In this document: one piece after another, positions 30,901-41,582 of the stretch
Layout of the letters: every line of letters starts with the position of its first letter
How positions within the stretch are numbered: the first letter of the stretch is position 1
The notes under the pieces: generated by a model
What the model was told of the DNA's origin: nothing
Database searches by the model: none
What the model saw: only the letters and a program-made list of their open reading frames with translations
Made by a program: the position numbers and the translations under genes
Assembly (NCBI GenBank): GCA_963666565.1
Contig: OY762911.1
Coordinates: 3,040,001-3,104,000, forward strand
From: Thermoanaerobaculia bacterium
Lineage (GTDB): Bacteria; Acidobacteriota; Thermoanaerobaculia; Multivoradales; Multivoraceae
DNA length: 64,000 nucleotides
Reading direction: 5' to 3'

Positions 30901-31200
30901 ACGCTGGACGGCGAGCGGCACGAGGGCCTCGTCGCGCGGGAGGGCACGGAACGGGCGGGCCTGTTCCACTTCTTCGATCCGGAGAACTGGGAGGTGCTTG
31001 TAAAGGTCCTGGACGGCTGCTCGATCAACGGGCACCACTGGGTGTTCGCCGCCTCGGCGACCGACATGGGCCTCGACCTGCGGGTGGCGGACGCGGTGAC
31101 CGGGGCGGCGAAGAGGTACGGCACGACCGCCGGGCAGCCGGCCCCGGCGATCGTCGACACCGAAGCGTTGGCCTGCGCCGCCGGCGCGGCGGTGCGTTGA
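27931..31200 (+). CDS. Secreted M12/reprolysin-like zinc metalloprotease with FN3 repeats and two unnamed C-terminal domains (paralog B)
   Basis: ATG 27931 overlaps the paralog A stop (ATGA); same architecture; HEIGHNLGANH at 28969. Confidence 0.85.
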   Translation: MSPLASLFAGLRRAAAPCGLPAALLLVPTPAAQAQRLLTLVPGVAEATSADDPGPSIGPVPTAVEVDLGLLRSAPAWLEVPTPDGSVLSAERTVFEDRGGGDLMWSGGHPDAGYDTVVLTVEGGRLVGRFGAAGGGAYQIHAAADGRGGMAPVGGPRPEGVPFCEVETVPDDTRSAAAHTGAGSRAADLPVPVSNPRSHDRLDILVAYTATAAENWAGIGGPEAAIRHAGDYLKMVFSNNELPVEPHIVHAFRTSALLDRAMRDGRLRFPKRPLLMLLKEDGDQWRLRHEHRADLVHLFTGEGPGLTGPCGRAFPLQRGDTARTFHTGAYAWTSNAGYCDYVATFVHEIGHNLGANHDPASAWSPQNAFRPYGFGHGNRDAMPPIGTAVSNAGQIEPFFSTPRFRAWGAVVGIAGLRDNERLLRETVHIGARYSDHLRSLEGVPAPPSDLRMRRDGAFARLSWQGNAPDADGYEVGCWDGSGPAVAILRVEGRSEATIPLERHEPGTVLKCEVLATKGEERSLRSGYAYLAIPGDPLRAPSDVVVEPSLSIVNVRWTDNSDNEIGFEVQLLEDGEPVARRWALPNETSESLSEWRVQPRDREHRVRVFAVHQTAASEAGESAAFRWRSHPLAPGPVADLTATAIGPTTVRVSWTGKPGSDYYWVSALLEGWRHRPLPVRTDRNPVYIEGLARGGRYTFEVLATNHHDGSLPSRTHLSLGARGAGPEAPSSLSVVVEGETARLNWKDNSDDELGFEIQSGSFRLALVPLDTTTALVPSGYVNNPLLAPRVYAYNERGFSLPAVFGAAPRGTCLPDAETLCLRDSRFKVRMQWRTRLGEGGRGRVVPAGTNDSGLFRFFDPENWEVLIKVLDGCAINGRIWVLGASTTDLGYWIRVTDTVTSDSRSYWNDPDRPASAIVDTEAFPLPCGAAATVGATSAGSPSGGAFGGLAAGPRASATRLAAADRASGRCEAGPTTLCLGSGRFSLGIEASTLDGERHEGLVAREGTERAGLFHFFDPENWEVLVKVLDGCSINGHHWVFAASATDMGLDLRVADAVTGAAKRYGTTAGQPAPAIVDTEALACAAGAAVR

Positions 31201-31308
31201 GCGGAGGTTCGACCCGACGGCGAAGGGAGGGCGACTGAAACGAGGGACGCGACGACTTCGAGAACGGTCGGAACCGGCAGTGCGGCGCTTCGCCGCGGGG
31301 CGGCGGCG

Positions 31309-34300
31309 GTGCTGTTCGCCGGCTTGGCGTTCACCGCCGGCGCCGCGCGCGGCGGGGACAACGCGTCGTTCGTTTCGTACTCCGGCGTGCCGTCGACGAT
31401 GGAACCGGGCGACAAGAAATCGGTGACGGTGACGATGCGGAACACCGGCACGACGACGTGGCGAAACACGATCTCCGGAGGGACGGTGACCAGCTACGCG
31501 CTGGTCGCGCTCGGTCACGGCTGGGGCGTCGGCAGCGTGGGGGTTTCGGGCGTGGCGCCGAACCAGCAGATCGGTATCTCTATGACGATCACGGCGCCGC
31601 AACAGGAGGGCGACTACGTGTTCCGGTGGCAGATGACACGTCGCACGGACAAGGTCGACAGGCCGATCGGCCCGATCGTCGAGGCTCTGAGCAGCACTTC
31701 CTTCGGCGACAAGACGACGAGCGTGACGATCAAAGTGAAGAAGAAGGGGCCGGACACGGCGCCAACGTTCGGGACGCAGACGATCCCCGACCAGGTTTGG
31801 GAGAGGGGCAAGGCGATCGCAGCGGTGGATCTACCGTCGGCCACCGGCGGCAACGGAGCTCTGAAGTACTCGCTGGTGTCGTGTCACTTGCCCAAGGGCG
31901 TGAGCCGCAAGAAGATGAAGATCGTCGGCACGCCCGCAACGGCGTGGGGGCCGACGAACTGCACATGGAAGGTGGAGGACTCGGACGACAACAAGGCCGA
32001 CAGCGATGCCGATACACTGACCTTCCAGATCTGGGCGAAACGGCCCGCTCTCACGGCGAGCCCGAAGAACCTGACGATCAAAGGCGGAGCGACGGGGACG
32101 TTCACGGTGGCGCCGACGACCCCGCCTACGGGCAAGGTGACGGTGTCGGTTTCGAGCGGGGCTGCCGGAACGGCGACGGTGAGTCCGGCGAAGCTGATCT
32201 TCAACAAGGGCGACATCGCGGCAAAGACGGTGACGGTAACCGCCGTGCCGCACTGCAGCGCCACGGACAAGAGCGCGACGATCAACCTGAGGGCCAGCGG
32301 CGGCGGCTACAACAACTCCTCGGCGTCGGTCAGCGTGACGGTCACGGCCGGTGACACCCCGGGTCCGGTCGCGACCGGAACACCTCTGACGATCAGCGAG
32401 GGGAGCAACGGCTCCTTCAACGTGAGGCTGGCGGCTAGGCCCGCTGGCACGGTGACGGTAACGCCAGCGAGCGATGACGTCGGGGCGGCGACGGTGAGTT
32501 CGAGCCTGACGTTCAACACTTCAAACTGGAACACTACGCAGGACGTGACGGTGACCGGCGTCCAGGACCCCGATGCGTGGAGCGAGAACGTGACGATCAC
32601 TCTGACTTCGAGCGAGGGAAGCTGTGGCAGCGCTTCGGCGAAGGGCCCGGTGACGGTGATCGACGACGATTCGCGGGGCATCGATGTCGATCCGACGAGC
32701 CTGTCGATCATGGAGGGCGGAACCGGCGCCTTCACGGTGAAGCTGTCGACGGAGCCGAGCGAGCCGGTGACGGTGTCGGTGGCGAGCTCGAACACGGCAG
32801 TAGCGCCGGTCGACCTGGGCAGCCTCGCGTTCAACACTTCAAACTACAACTCCACGAAGACGGTGACGGTGACAGGAAAGAAGGCCGGCAGCGTCACGAT
32901 CGACTTGGGGGCCAGCGGCGGCGATTACGGCAACGAATCGGCGTCGGTGAGCGTGACGGTGGTAGCGGACACGGCCCCCTCATTCAGGAACGAGGAGGTC
33001 GGAGACAAGGTCTGGACGAAGGACGAGGCGATCACGCCGATCACGCTTCCCGATGCGACCGGCGGCAACGGAACGTTGTCGTACGCGTTCAGTTGCGATT
33101 TGCCTGCAGGCGTGAACCGGTCGAACAAGACCATCAGCGGCACGCCGACGGCGTTGCTGAACTCGGCGACGTGTACCTGGACGGCGACGGACACGGACGG
33201 CGACACGGCCACACTCACGTTCACGGTCTCCGTAGTGGCGCCGCCGCCCGCGGACAAGACGCCGTCGTTCGGGAACGAGGACATCGACGACATGATCCTG
33301 ATCCGCAACCGGGCGATGACGACGAAGACCCTTCCGCAGGCGACCGGCGGCGACGGCGATCTGACCTACACGCTGTCCCCGGCGCAGCCCGCGGGTCTGT
33401 CGTTCGACGCCGCTTCTTCTTCGCGGACGCTCTCGGGCACGCCGACCGTGGCGCAGGACGCGACGGAGTACACCTACACGGCGACGGACTCGGACACGAC
33501 CTCACCGGACTCGGTGTCGTTGAAGTTCAAGATCACGGTAGTCGATCTGACCGTGAGCGCTACGAGCTTGACGGTCACGGAGGGTACGTCCGCGGAGGAC
33601 AAGAGAGACTTCACGGTGAAGCTGGCGACGCTTCCGACGGCCGACGTGACGGTGTCGGTGTCGAGCGGGGACACGACCGTCGCGACGGTGAGCTCGGCGA
33701 GCCTGACGTTCACGACGACGAACTACAACACGTTCCAGACAGTGACGGTGACGGGCGTGGAGGACGCGGACGCGTCCGACGAAAGCACGACCGTCAGCCT
33801 GAGCGCGAGCGGCGGAGGCTACGCCAACGTGTCGGCCTCGGTGAGCGTGACGGTGGACGACGACGATACGCCTACCCTCCTCGCCGCGGAGAGCGTGAGG
33901 ATCTCCGAGGACGGCAACGGCACGTTCACGGTGAGTCTGGCGACGCTTCCGACGGCCGACGTGACGGTGTCGGTGTCGAGCGGGGACACCGGAGCCGCGA
34001 CGGCGAGTCCGGCGAGCCTGACGTTCACGACGACGAACTACAGCACGGCGCAGACGGTGACGGTGACGGGCGTGCAGGACGCCGACGCGTCCAACGAGAG
34101 CGTGACGGTCAGCCTGAGCGCCAGCGGCGGGGACTACGCCAGCGTGTCGGCGTCGGTAGCCGTTACGGTGACCGACGACGATACGCGGGCGGTCGTCGCA
34201 AGCCCGACGAGCGTGACGGTGGCCGAGGGTGGCAGCGGCACCATCGCGGTGAGTCTGGCGACCCAGCCGACGGCCGACGTGACGGTGTCGGTGTCGAGCG

Positions 34301-37300
34301 GGGACCCGGGCGCCGCGACGGCGAGTCCGGCGAGCCTGACGTTCACGACGACGAACTACGCCACGACGCAGACGGTGACGGTGACGGGCAAGCAGGACGC
34401 CGACGCCTCCAACGAGAGCACGAGCATCGGCCTGACCGCTGCCGGCGGCGACTACGCCAACGTGTCGGCTTCGGTGAGCGTGACGGTGACGGACGACGAC
34501 ACGAAGGCCGTGGTCGCCAGCGTAGCGAGCCTGACGGTGGCCGAGGGCGGCAGCGCCACGTTCACGGCGAAGCTGGCGACGCAGCCGACGGCCAGCGTGA
34601 CCGTGACGACGTCGAGCGGCGACCCGGGCGCCGCGGCGGCGAGTCCGGCGACCCTGACGTTCACGACGACGAACTACGGCACGACCCAGACCGTGACGGT
34701 GACCGGCGTGCAGGACACGGACGCGACGAACGAGAGCACGACGGTCGGCCTGACCGCGAACGGCGGGGACTACGCCAACGTGTCGGCGTCCGTCGGCGTG
34801 ACGGTGACCGACGACGACAGCGTGGACAAGCAGCCCTCGTTCGGCGACAAGACGATCTCGGACATGACGCTGACGCAGAACCGGGCGATGACCTCTACGG
34901 TGCTGCCGGAGGCGACCGGCGGCGACGGGACCCTGACCTATTCGCTTTCGCCGGCGCTGCCCTCGGGGCTGTCGTTCGACTCTTCTCCTTCGTCGCGGAC
35001 GCTCTCCGGCACGCCGACCGCGACGCTGGCCGAGACGACCTACACGTACACGGCGACCGACACGGACGGCGACACGGCGACGCTCACGTTCAAGATCGCG
35101 GTGTCGGCGGCGCCGGCCAATCCGACCTTCAACGGGACGATCCGCGACCGGACGTGGGTGAAGAACGTGTCGATCGGCACGGTGACGCTGCCGGCCGCGA
35201 TCGGCGGGACCGGCTCGCTGAGCTACTCGCTGACCGGGACGCTGCCCGCGGGCGTGACGTTCGACTCTTCGGCGCGGACGCTGTCGGGCACGCCGACGAA
35301 GAAGCAGGCCGCGGTCACCTACACCTACAAGGCGACGGACACCGCCGCCAAGTCGGCGACGCTCACGTTCACCATCCGGGTGGACGGCAAGGCGTCGGAC
35401 GGCGCGGCGTTCGTGTCCTACACCGGCGTGCCCTCGACGATGACGGCGGGTTCGACGGCGACGGTGACGGTGCGGATGCGGAACGCGGGGACGACGACCT
35501 GGACCTCGGCCGCGGGCTACCAGTTGGGTTCGCAGCGGCCCGCCGACAACACGACCTGGGGCCTGAAGCGGGTCGCTCTGCCGGCCTCCACGCCGCCGAA
35601 CGCGACGGCGGACTTCTCGTTCAGCATCGCGGCGCCGTCGAAGGCGGGGAGCTACAAGTTCCGCTGGCGGATGCTGAAAGGCGCGGCCGGCTGGTTCGGC
35701 GCCAAGACGACGCTCGAGACGATCGCGGTGACGGCGGCGCCGGACACGTCGCCGTCGTTCGGGACGCCGCCCCTCGACCTGACGTGGGTGAAGAACGTGT
35801 CGATCGGCACGGTGACGCTGCCGGCGGCGACGGGCGGCAACGGCAATCTGACGTATTCGCTGACCGGGACGCTGCCCGCGGGCGTGACGTTCGACACGTC
35901 TTCCTCGGCGCGGACGCTGTCGGGGACGCCGACGAAGAAGCAGACCGCGACGACGTACACGTACAAGGCGACGGACACGGACGGCGACGCGGCGACGGCC
36001 ACGTTCACCATCCGGGTGGACGGGAAGGCGTCGGACGGCGCGTCGTTCGTGTCCTACACGGGCTTGCCTTCGACGATGGCGGCGGGTTCGACGGCGACGG
36101 TGACCGTCCGGATGAAGAACGCGGGCACGACGACCTGGACGTCGGCCGCGGGCTACCAGTTGGGCTCGCAACGGCCGGAGGACAACACGACGTGGGGCCT
36201 CAAGCGAGTCGCTCTGCCGTCGTCCACGCCGCCTAACGCGACGGCGGACTTCTCGTTCACGATCACGGCGCCGACGACGGTGGGCAGCTACAAGTTCCGG
36301 TGGCGGATGCTGAAGGGAGCGGCCGACTGGTTCGGCGCCAAGACGGCGCTGAACACCATCGCGGTGGAGGCGGACACGACGCCGTCGTTCGGCTCGTCCT
36401 CGATCCTCGACAAGACGTGGGTGAAGAACGTGTCCATCGGGACGGTGACGCTGCCGGCGGCGACGGGCGGCAACGGCACGCTGGGCTATTCGCTGACCGG
36501 GACCCTGCCGGCGGGCGTGACGTTCGACGACTCGGCGCGGACGCTGTCGGGCACGCCGACGAGCAAGCAGGACGCGACGACGTACACCTACAAGGCGACG
36601 GACGCGGACGGCGACGCGGCTACCCTCACGTTCACCATCCGGGTGGCGGGCAAGGCGTCGGACGGGGCGACGTTCGTGTCGTACAGCGGCGTGCCGACGA
36701 AGATCGTGGCCGGCGGCAAGGCGACGGTGACGGTGCGGATGCAGAACACCGGCACGACGACGTGGACGTCGGCGAACTACAAGCTGGGTTCCCAGCGGCC
36801 GGAGAACAACACGACGTGGGGCCTGAAGCGGGTTTCGCTCGCATCGGACGTCGCGCCGAACGCGACGGGCGACTTCACGTTCACGATCGTGGCGCCGACG
36901 GCGACGGGGAGCTACAAGTTCCGGTGGCAGATGATCCAGGGCGCGTCGGGCTGGTTCGGCGCCAAGACGACGCTGAACACGATTACGGTGGAGAACCCGT
37001 CGTTCGGGGACGCGACGGTGGCCGACCAGGCGTGGATCAAGGGCACGCCGATCGCGTCCCTGACGCTGCCGGCCGCGAGCGGCGGCACGGGCGCCTTGAC
37101 TTACGCGCTGACGCCCTCGCCGCCGGCGGGCGTGACCTTCACGGAGGCGACGCGGACGCTGGCGGGGACGCCGACGGCGGCAAAGGCGGAAGCCTGGTAC
37201 ACGTACACGGCGACGGACACGGCCGGCGACAAGGCGACTCTGTCGTTCCGGATCGAGGCGACGGAGGCGCCGGTGGACAACGCGGCGTTCGTGTCGTACT

Positions 37301-39798
37301 CGGGCGTGCCGTCGAAGATCGCTGCGGGCGGCACGGCGACGGTGACGGTGACGATGCGGAACACGGGCACGACGACGTGGACGTCGGCCGCCGGCTACAA
37401 GCTGGGCGCGCAGAGTCCGGCCGACAACACGACGTGGGTTTCGAGCCGGGTGTCGGTGCCTTCGGACACGGCGCCGAACGCGACGGCGGACTTCACGTTC
37501 GCGATCGCGGCGCCGTCGACGACGGGCTCGCACGCGTTCGCGTGGCGGATGGTGCGGGACTCGGCGACCTGGTTCGGCGATTCGACGACGAGCCGGACGA
37601 TCGCGGTGGAGGACCCGTCGTTCGGGGACGCGACGGTGGCCGATCAGGCGTGGGTGAAGGACACGGCGATCGCGACGCTGACGCTGCCTGCGGCGAGTGG
37701 CAGCAACGCGACGATGACCTACGCGTTGACGCCCGCGCTGCCCGCGGGCGTGACCTTCGCGGCGGCGACGCGGACGCTGTCGGGGACGCCGACGGCGGCG
37801 AAGACGGGAACGACGTACACCTACACGGCGACCGACGGGGCCGGCAACAAGGCGACGCTGACGTTCCGGATCCGGGTGGCGGCGGCTGCCGGCGACAGCG
37901 CGGCGTTCGTGTCGTCTAGCGGCGTGCCGTCGAAGATGGCGGCGGGCGGCACGGCGACGGTGACGGTGACGATGCGGAACACGGGGACGACGACCTGGAC
38001 CACGGCCCTGGGCTACAAGCTGGGCTCCCAGAGCCCCGCCGACAACACGACGTGGGGCACGAACCGGGTCTCCTTGGCGTCGGACGTGGCGCCGAACGGC
38101 GAGGCGGCCTTCACGATCTCGATCACGGCGCCGACGACCACGGGCGGGCACACCTTCGCGTGGCGGATGGTGCGCGATCCCGGTTCCTGGTTCGGCGCTT
38201 CCACGGCGAGCGCGACGATCACGGTGGAGGATCCGTCGTTCGGTGCCGCGACGGTTGCCGACCAGTCGTGGCAGAGGAACTCGACGATCAGGGACTTGAC
38301 CCTGCCCGCGGCGGGGGGCAGCGACGCGTCGTTGACCTATTCGCTGACGCCCGCGTTGCCGCCCGGCCTGATCTTCACGGCCTCGACGCGTACGGTGTCG
38401 GGGATGCCGAGGGCGGCGAGGGCGGCGACGACGTACACGTACACGGCGACGGACACGGACGGCGACAAGGCGACGCTGACGTTCTCGGTCGCGGTGGCCG
38501 AGGATCCGTCGTCCCAGTCATCGGCGGCGCTTGCGCCTCCGGCGCCGTCCGGCGTCTTCGACATGCTCGATTACTGGCTGCTGCCGCACGGTAGCGCCTT
38601 GAAGGTGCGGACTCGCCTGCGGAACGGGCGCGCGGCGCCGGCCGAGGGCTCGGCGTATCTCCGCTCCTTCTGGCGCGGCGACCTGTGGGGCAGGAAGGTG
38701 GCCCTCCTGGGAGATCCGGACAGCGAGCGCTACGACATCTTCGAGGAGGTCGAAGGCGGCCTCGACTACTGGGGGACGTTCGGCGGCGCCTCGGCGGGCA
38801 GGGAAGAGCGTCCGAGCATTGCGCTGGACCGTCCCTTCCGCTGGATGAACCGCTTCATGGCGGTGGGCGACGCAGTGCAGGGTCCCGCGACCGGCCGGCT
38901 GCTCTCGGACCGTAGGCGTAACCAGGCCGGCGTCCTGTGGTCGACGATGCGCATGGAGGCGCTGTCGCGCCGTGCCTCCTTCGAGGTGCCGCCGGTCCCC
39001 GGCCTCGTCTTCGAGGACGTGCTGGAAGTCCGGTACTGGCCGGACGCGGCGCGGGCGGAGGTCCACGACACGTTCTACCTGGCGCGGGGCTACGGCGCAG
39101 TGTACGCGCGGCGATCCGGGGTCGCTGCGCCGGGAGAGGTCGTCGAGTGGTGGGCGGTCGAGAAGGCGCTGACGCCGGTCGCGCCCGCGGCGCCCTCCGT
39201 ACCGTGGTTCGATCCGTTCTCTCCGGGCTGGCCGAAGACGGCGGTGCTGAACGGGAACCTGGACGATGTCGCGCCCGAAGTCGGACTCCTGGGCGAACCG
39301 GCCGCGACCTCCGCAGGGCTCGGACGCGACGGCGGGCGGGACAGGGCTTCCGCGGCGCCCGGCTGGACGGCCGCCTGGGGCGACGCGACGGTCGCCCGGC
39401 CGCCCTCGGGCCTCGACGCCGGTGCCTGGAGCCTGGTGCTCCGCGGCAGCGGCGACGCAGCGCCCGACGCCGCGGTCACCGCAGAGTGGATTCCCATCGA
39501 GGGCGGGACCTACCAACTCTCCGCGTGCATGGTCCGGGAGAACGTCAGCGACCATGTGTTCGTGGACTTCGACGACGGCGCAGGCCGGGATGCAACCTTC
39601 GACGACGCCCACCTGGTGTCCAGTTCGACCGGGACCTGGGAGTGCCGGGCCGTGACGAAGTGCATCCTCGCCTCGGTCGGCGCGGTAAGGATCCGGGCGG
39701 CCCGCGACGGCGCGAACCTGGGCGATGCCTGGTTCGACCGGATCGAGCTGAAGCGGATTGCCGCCTGCGAGGAGCGGCCGGGCGTCTCGCGGCCCTGA
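31309..39798 (+). CDS. Giant modular surface protein/adhesin (putative-Ig, NBR1/FW-like and Calx-beta-like repeats, unique C-terminus)
   Basis: 2829 aa, Thr/Ser/Ala-rich. About 10 LPxATGG..GTP..TDxDGD modules, 6 VTVxMRNTGTTTW..FRWxM modules and 7 SLTFTTTNY..TDDD modules. The frame is open from 31201, so the true start is uncertain. Confidence 0.85.
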   Translation: MLFAGLAFTAGAARGGDNASFVSYSGVPSTMEPGDKKSVTVTMRNTGTTTWRNTISGGTVTSYALVALGHGWGVGSVGVSGVAPNQQIGISMTITAPQQEGDYVFRWQMTRRTDKVDRPIGPIVEALSSTSFGDKTTSVTIKVKKKGPDTAPTFGTQTIPDQVWERGKAIAAVDLPSATGGNGALKYSLVSCHLPKGVSRKKMKIVGTPATAWGPTNCTWKVEDSDDNKADSDADTLTFQIWAKRPALTASPKNLTIKGGATGTFTVAPTTPPTGKVTVSVSSGAAGTATVSPAKLIFNKGDIAAKTVTVTAVPHCSATDKSATINLRASGGGYNNSSASVSVTVTAGDTPGPVATGTPLTISEGSNGSFNVRLAARPAGTVTVTPASDDVGAATVSSSLTFNTSNWNTTQDVTVTGVQDPDAWSENVTITLTSSEGSCGSASAKGPVTVIDDDSRGIDVDPTSLSIMEGGTGAFTVKLSTEPSEPVTVSVASSNTAVAPVDLGSLAFNTSNYNSTKTVTVTGKKAGSVTIDLGASGGDYGNESASVSVTVVADTAPSFRNEEVGDKVWTKDEAITPITLPDATGGNGTLSYAFSCDLPAGVNRSNKTISGTPTALLNSATCTWTATDTDGDTATLTFTVSVVAPPPADKTPSFGNEDIDDMILIRNRAMTTKTLPQATGGDGDLTYTLSPAQPAGLSFDAASSSRTLSGTPTVAQDATEYTYTATDSDTTSPDSVSLKFKITVVDLTVSATSLTVTEGTSAEDKRDFTVKLATLPTADVTVSVSSGDTTVATVSSASLTFTTTNYNTFQTVTVTGVEDADASDESTTVSLSASGGGYANVSASVSVTVDDDDTPTLLAAESVRISEDGNGTFTVSLATLPTADVTVSVSSGDTGAATASPASLTFTTTNYSTAQTVTVTGVQDADASNESVTVSLSASGGDYASVSASVAVTVTDDDTRAVVASPTSVTVAEGGSGTIAVSLATQPTADVTVSVSSGDPGAATASPASLTFTTTNYATTQTVTVTGKQDADASNESTSIGLTAAGGDYANVSASVSVTVTDDDTKAVVASVASLTVAEGGSATFTAKLATQPTASVTVTTSSGDPGAAAASPATLTFTTTNYGTTQTVTVTGVQDTDATNESTTVGLTANGGDYANVSASVGVTVTDDDSVDKQPSFGDKTISDMTLTQNRAMTSTVLPEATGGDGTLTYSLSPALPSGLSFDSSPSSRTLSGTPTATLAETTYTYTATDTDGDTATLTFKIAVSAAPANPTFNGTIRDRTWVKNVSIGTVTLPAAIGGTGSLSYSLTGTLPAGVTFDSSARTLSGTPTKKQAAVTYTYKATDTAAKSATLTFTIRVDGKASDGAAFVSYTGVPSTMTAGSTATVTVRMRNAGTTTWTSAAGYQLGSQRPADNTTWGLKRVALPASTPPNATADFSFSIAAPSKAGSYKFRWRMLKGAAGWFGAKTTLETIAVTAAPDTSPSFGTPPLDLTWVKNVSIGTVTLPAATGGNGNLTYSLTGTLPAGVTFDTSSSARTLSGTPTKKQTATTYTYKATDTDGDAATATFTIRVDGKASDGASFVSYTGLPSTMAAGSTATVTVRMKNAGTTTWTSAAGYQLGSQRPEDNTTWGLKRVALPSSTPPNATADFSFTITAPTTVGSYKFRWRMLKGAADWFGAKTALNTIAVEADTTPSFGSSSILDKTWVKNVSIGTVTLPAATGGNGTLGYSLTGTLPAGVTFDDSARTLSGTPTSKQDATTYTYKATDADGDAATLTFTIRVAGKASDGATFVSYSGVPTKIVAGGKATVTVRMQNTGTTTWTSANYKLGSQRPENNTTWGLKRVSLASDVAPNATGDFTFTIVAPTATGSYKFRWQMIQGASGWFGAKTTLNTITVENPSFGDATVADQAWIKGTPIASLTLPAASGGTGALTYALTPSPPAGVTFTEATRTLAGTPTAAKAEAWYTYTATDTAGDKATLSFRIEATEAPVDNAAFVSYSGVPSKIAAGGTATVTVTMRNTGTTTWTSAAGYKLGAQSPADNTTWVSSRVSVPSDTAPNATADFTFAIAAPSTTGSHAFAWRMVRDSATWFGDSTTSRTIAVEDPSFGDATVADQAWVKDTAIATLTLPAASGSNATMTYALTPALPAGVTFAAATRTLSGTPTAAKTGTTYTYTATDGAGNKATLTFRIRVAAAAGDSAAFVSSSGVPSKMAAGGTATVTVTMRNTGTTTWTTALGYKLGSQSPADNTTWGTNRVSLASDVAPNGEAAFTISITAPTTTGGHTFAWRMVRDPGSWFGASTASATITVEDPSFGAATVADQSWQRNSTIRDLTLPAAGGSDASLTYSLTPALPPGLIFTASTRTVSGMPRAARAATTYTYTATDTDGDKATLTFSVAVAEDPSSQSSAALAPPAPSGVFDMLDYWLLPHGSALKVRTRLRNGRAAPAEGSAYLRSFWRGDLWGRKVALLGDPDSERYDIFEEVEGGLDYWGTFGGASAGREERPSIALDRPFRWMNRFMAVGDAVQGPATGRLLSDRRRNQAGVLWSTMRMEALSRRASFEVPPVPGLVFEDVLEVRYWPDAARAEVHDTFYLARGYGAVYARRSGVAAPGEVVEWWAVEKALTPVAPAAPSVPWFDPFSPGWPKTAVLNGNLDDVAPEVGLLGEPAATSAGLGRDGGRDRASAAPGWTAAWGDATVARPPSGLDAGAWSLVLRGSGDAAPDAAVTAEWIPIEGGTYQLSACMVRENVSDHVFVDFDDGAGRDATFDDAHLVSSSTGTWECRAVTKCILASVGAVRIRAARDGANLGDAWFDRIELKRIAACEERPGVSRP
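33550..34820 (+). repeat. Four tandem ~315-320 bp intragenic repeats
   Basis: Recurrent (A/C)CCTGACGTTCACGACGACGAACTAC-type block near 33701, 34016, 34334 and 34652. Confidence 0.85.
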
Positions 39799-39809
39799 AG
39801 AACGGGCTG

Positions 39810-41399
<1,590 letters not shown>

Positions 41400-41582
41400 G
41401 GCTGGCGTTTTCGGGCGGGGCGGGGCGGGGCGCGGAGGACAGAGGCGAGGCGTGGGCGGCCGCCCTGTCCGGGATCCTCGCGCAGCGGCCGGCGGAGTCT
41501 ATAGTCGGGCGCCGCCCGCCGGGGCGCCGTCCGTGCCAGAATGCGCGCCGCGCCACCCGGTTTCAACTGTCGAGGTAACCGC

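Noticed and set aside
24650-31200. DGR-driven variation between protease paralogs
   Set aside because: Differences include indels and all base types, both copies are full genes, and no RT/Avd is in the window.
31198-31240. Selenocysteine read-through of the in-frame TGA
   Set aside because: No convincing SECIS hairpin or redox motif, and a signal peptide follows, implying a separate protein.
32577-38151. Very long alternative-frame ORFs (32577-36236 +, 33502-38151 -) and similar ones such as 17626-20415 + and 20942-23542 +
   Set aside because: Arg/Gly/Pro-rich shadow frames expected from high GC3 bias; they overlap well-supported genes.
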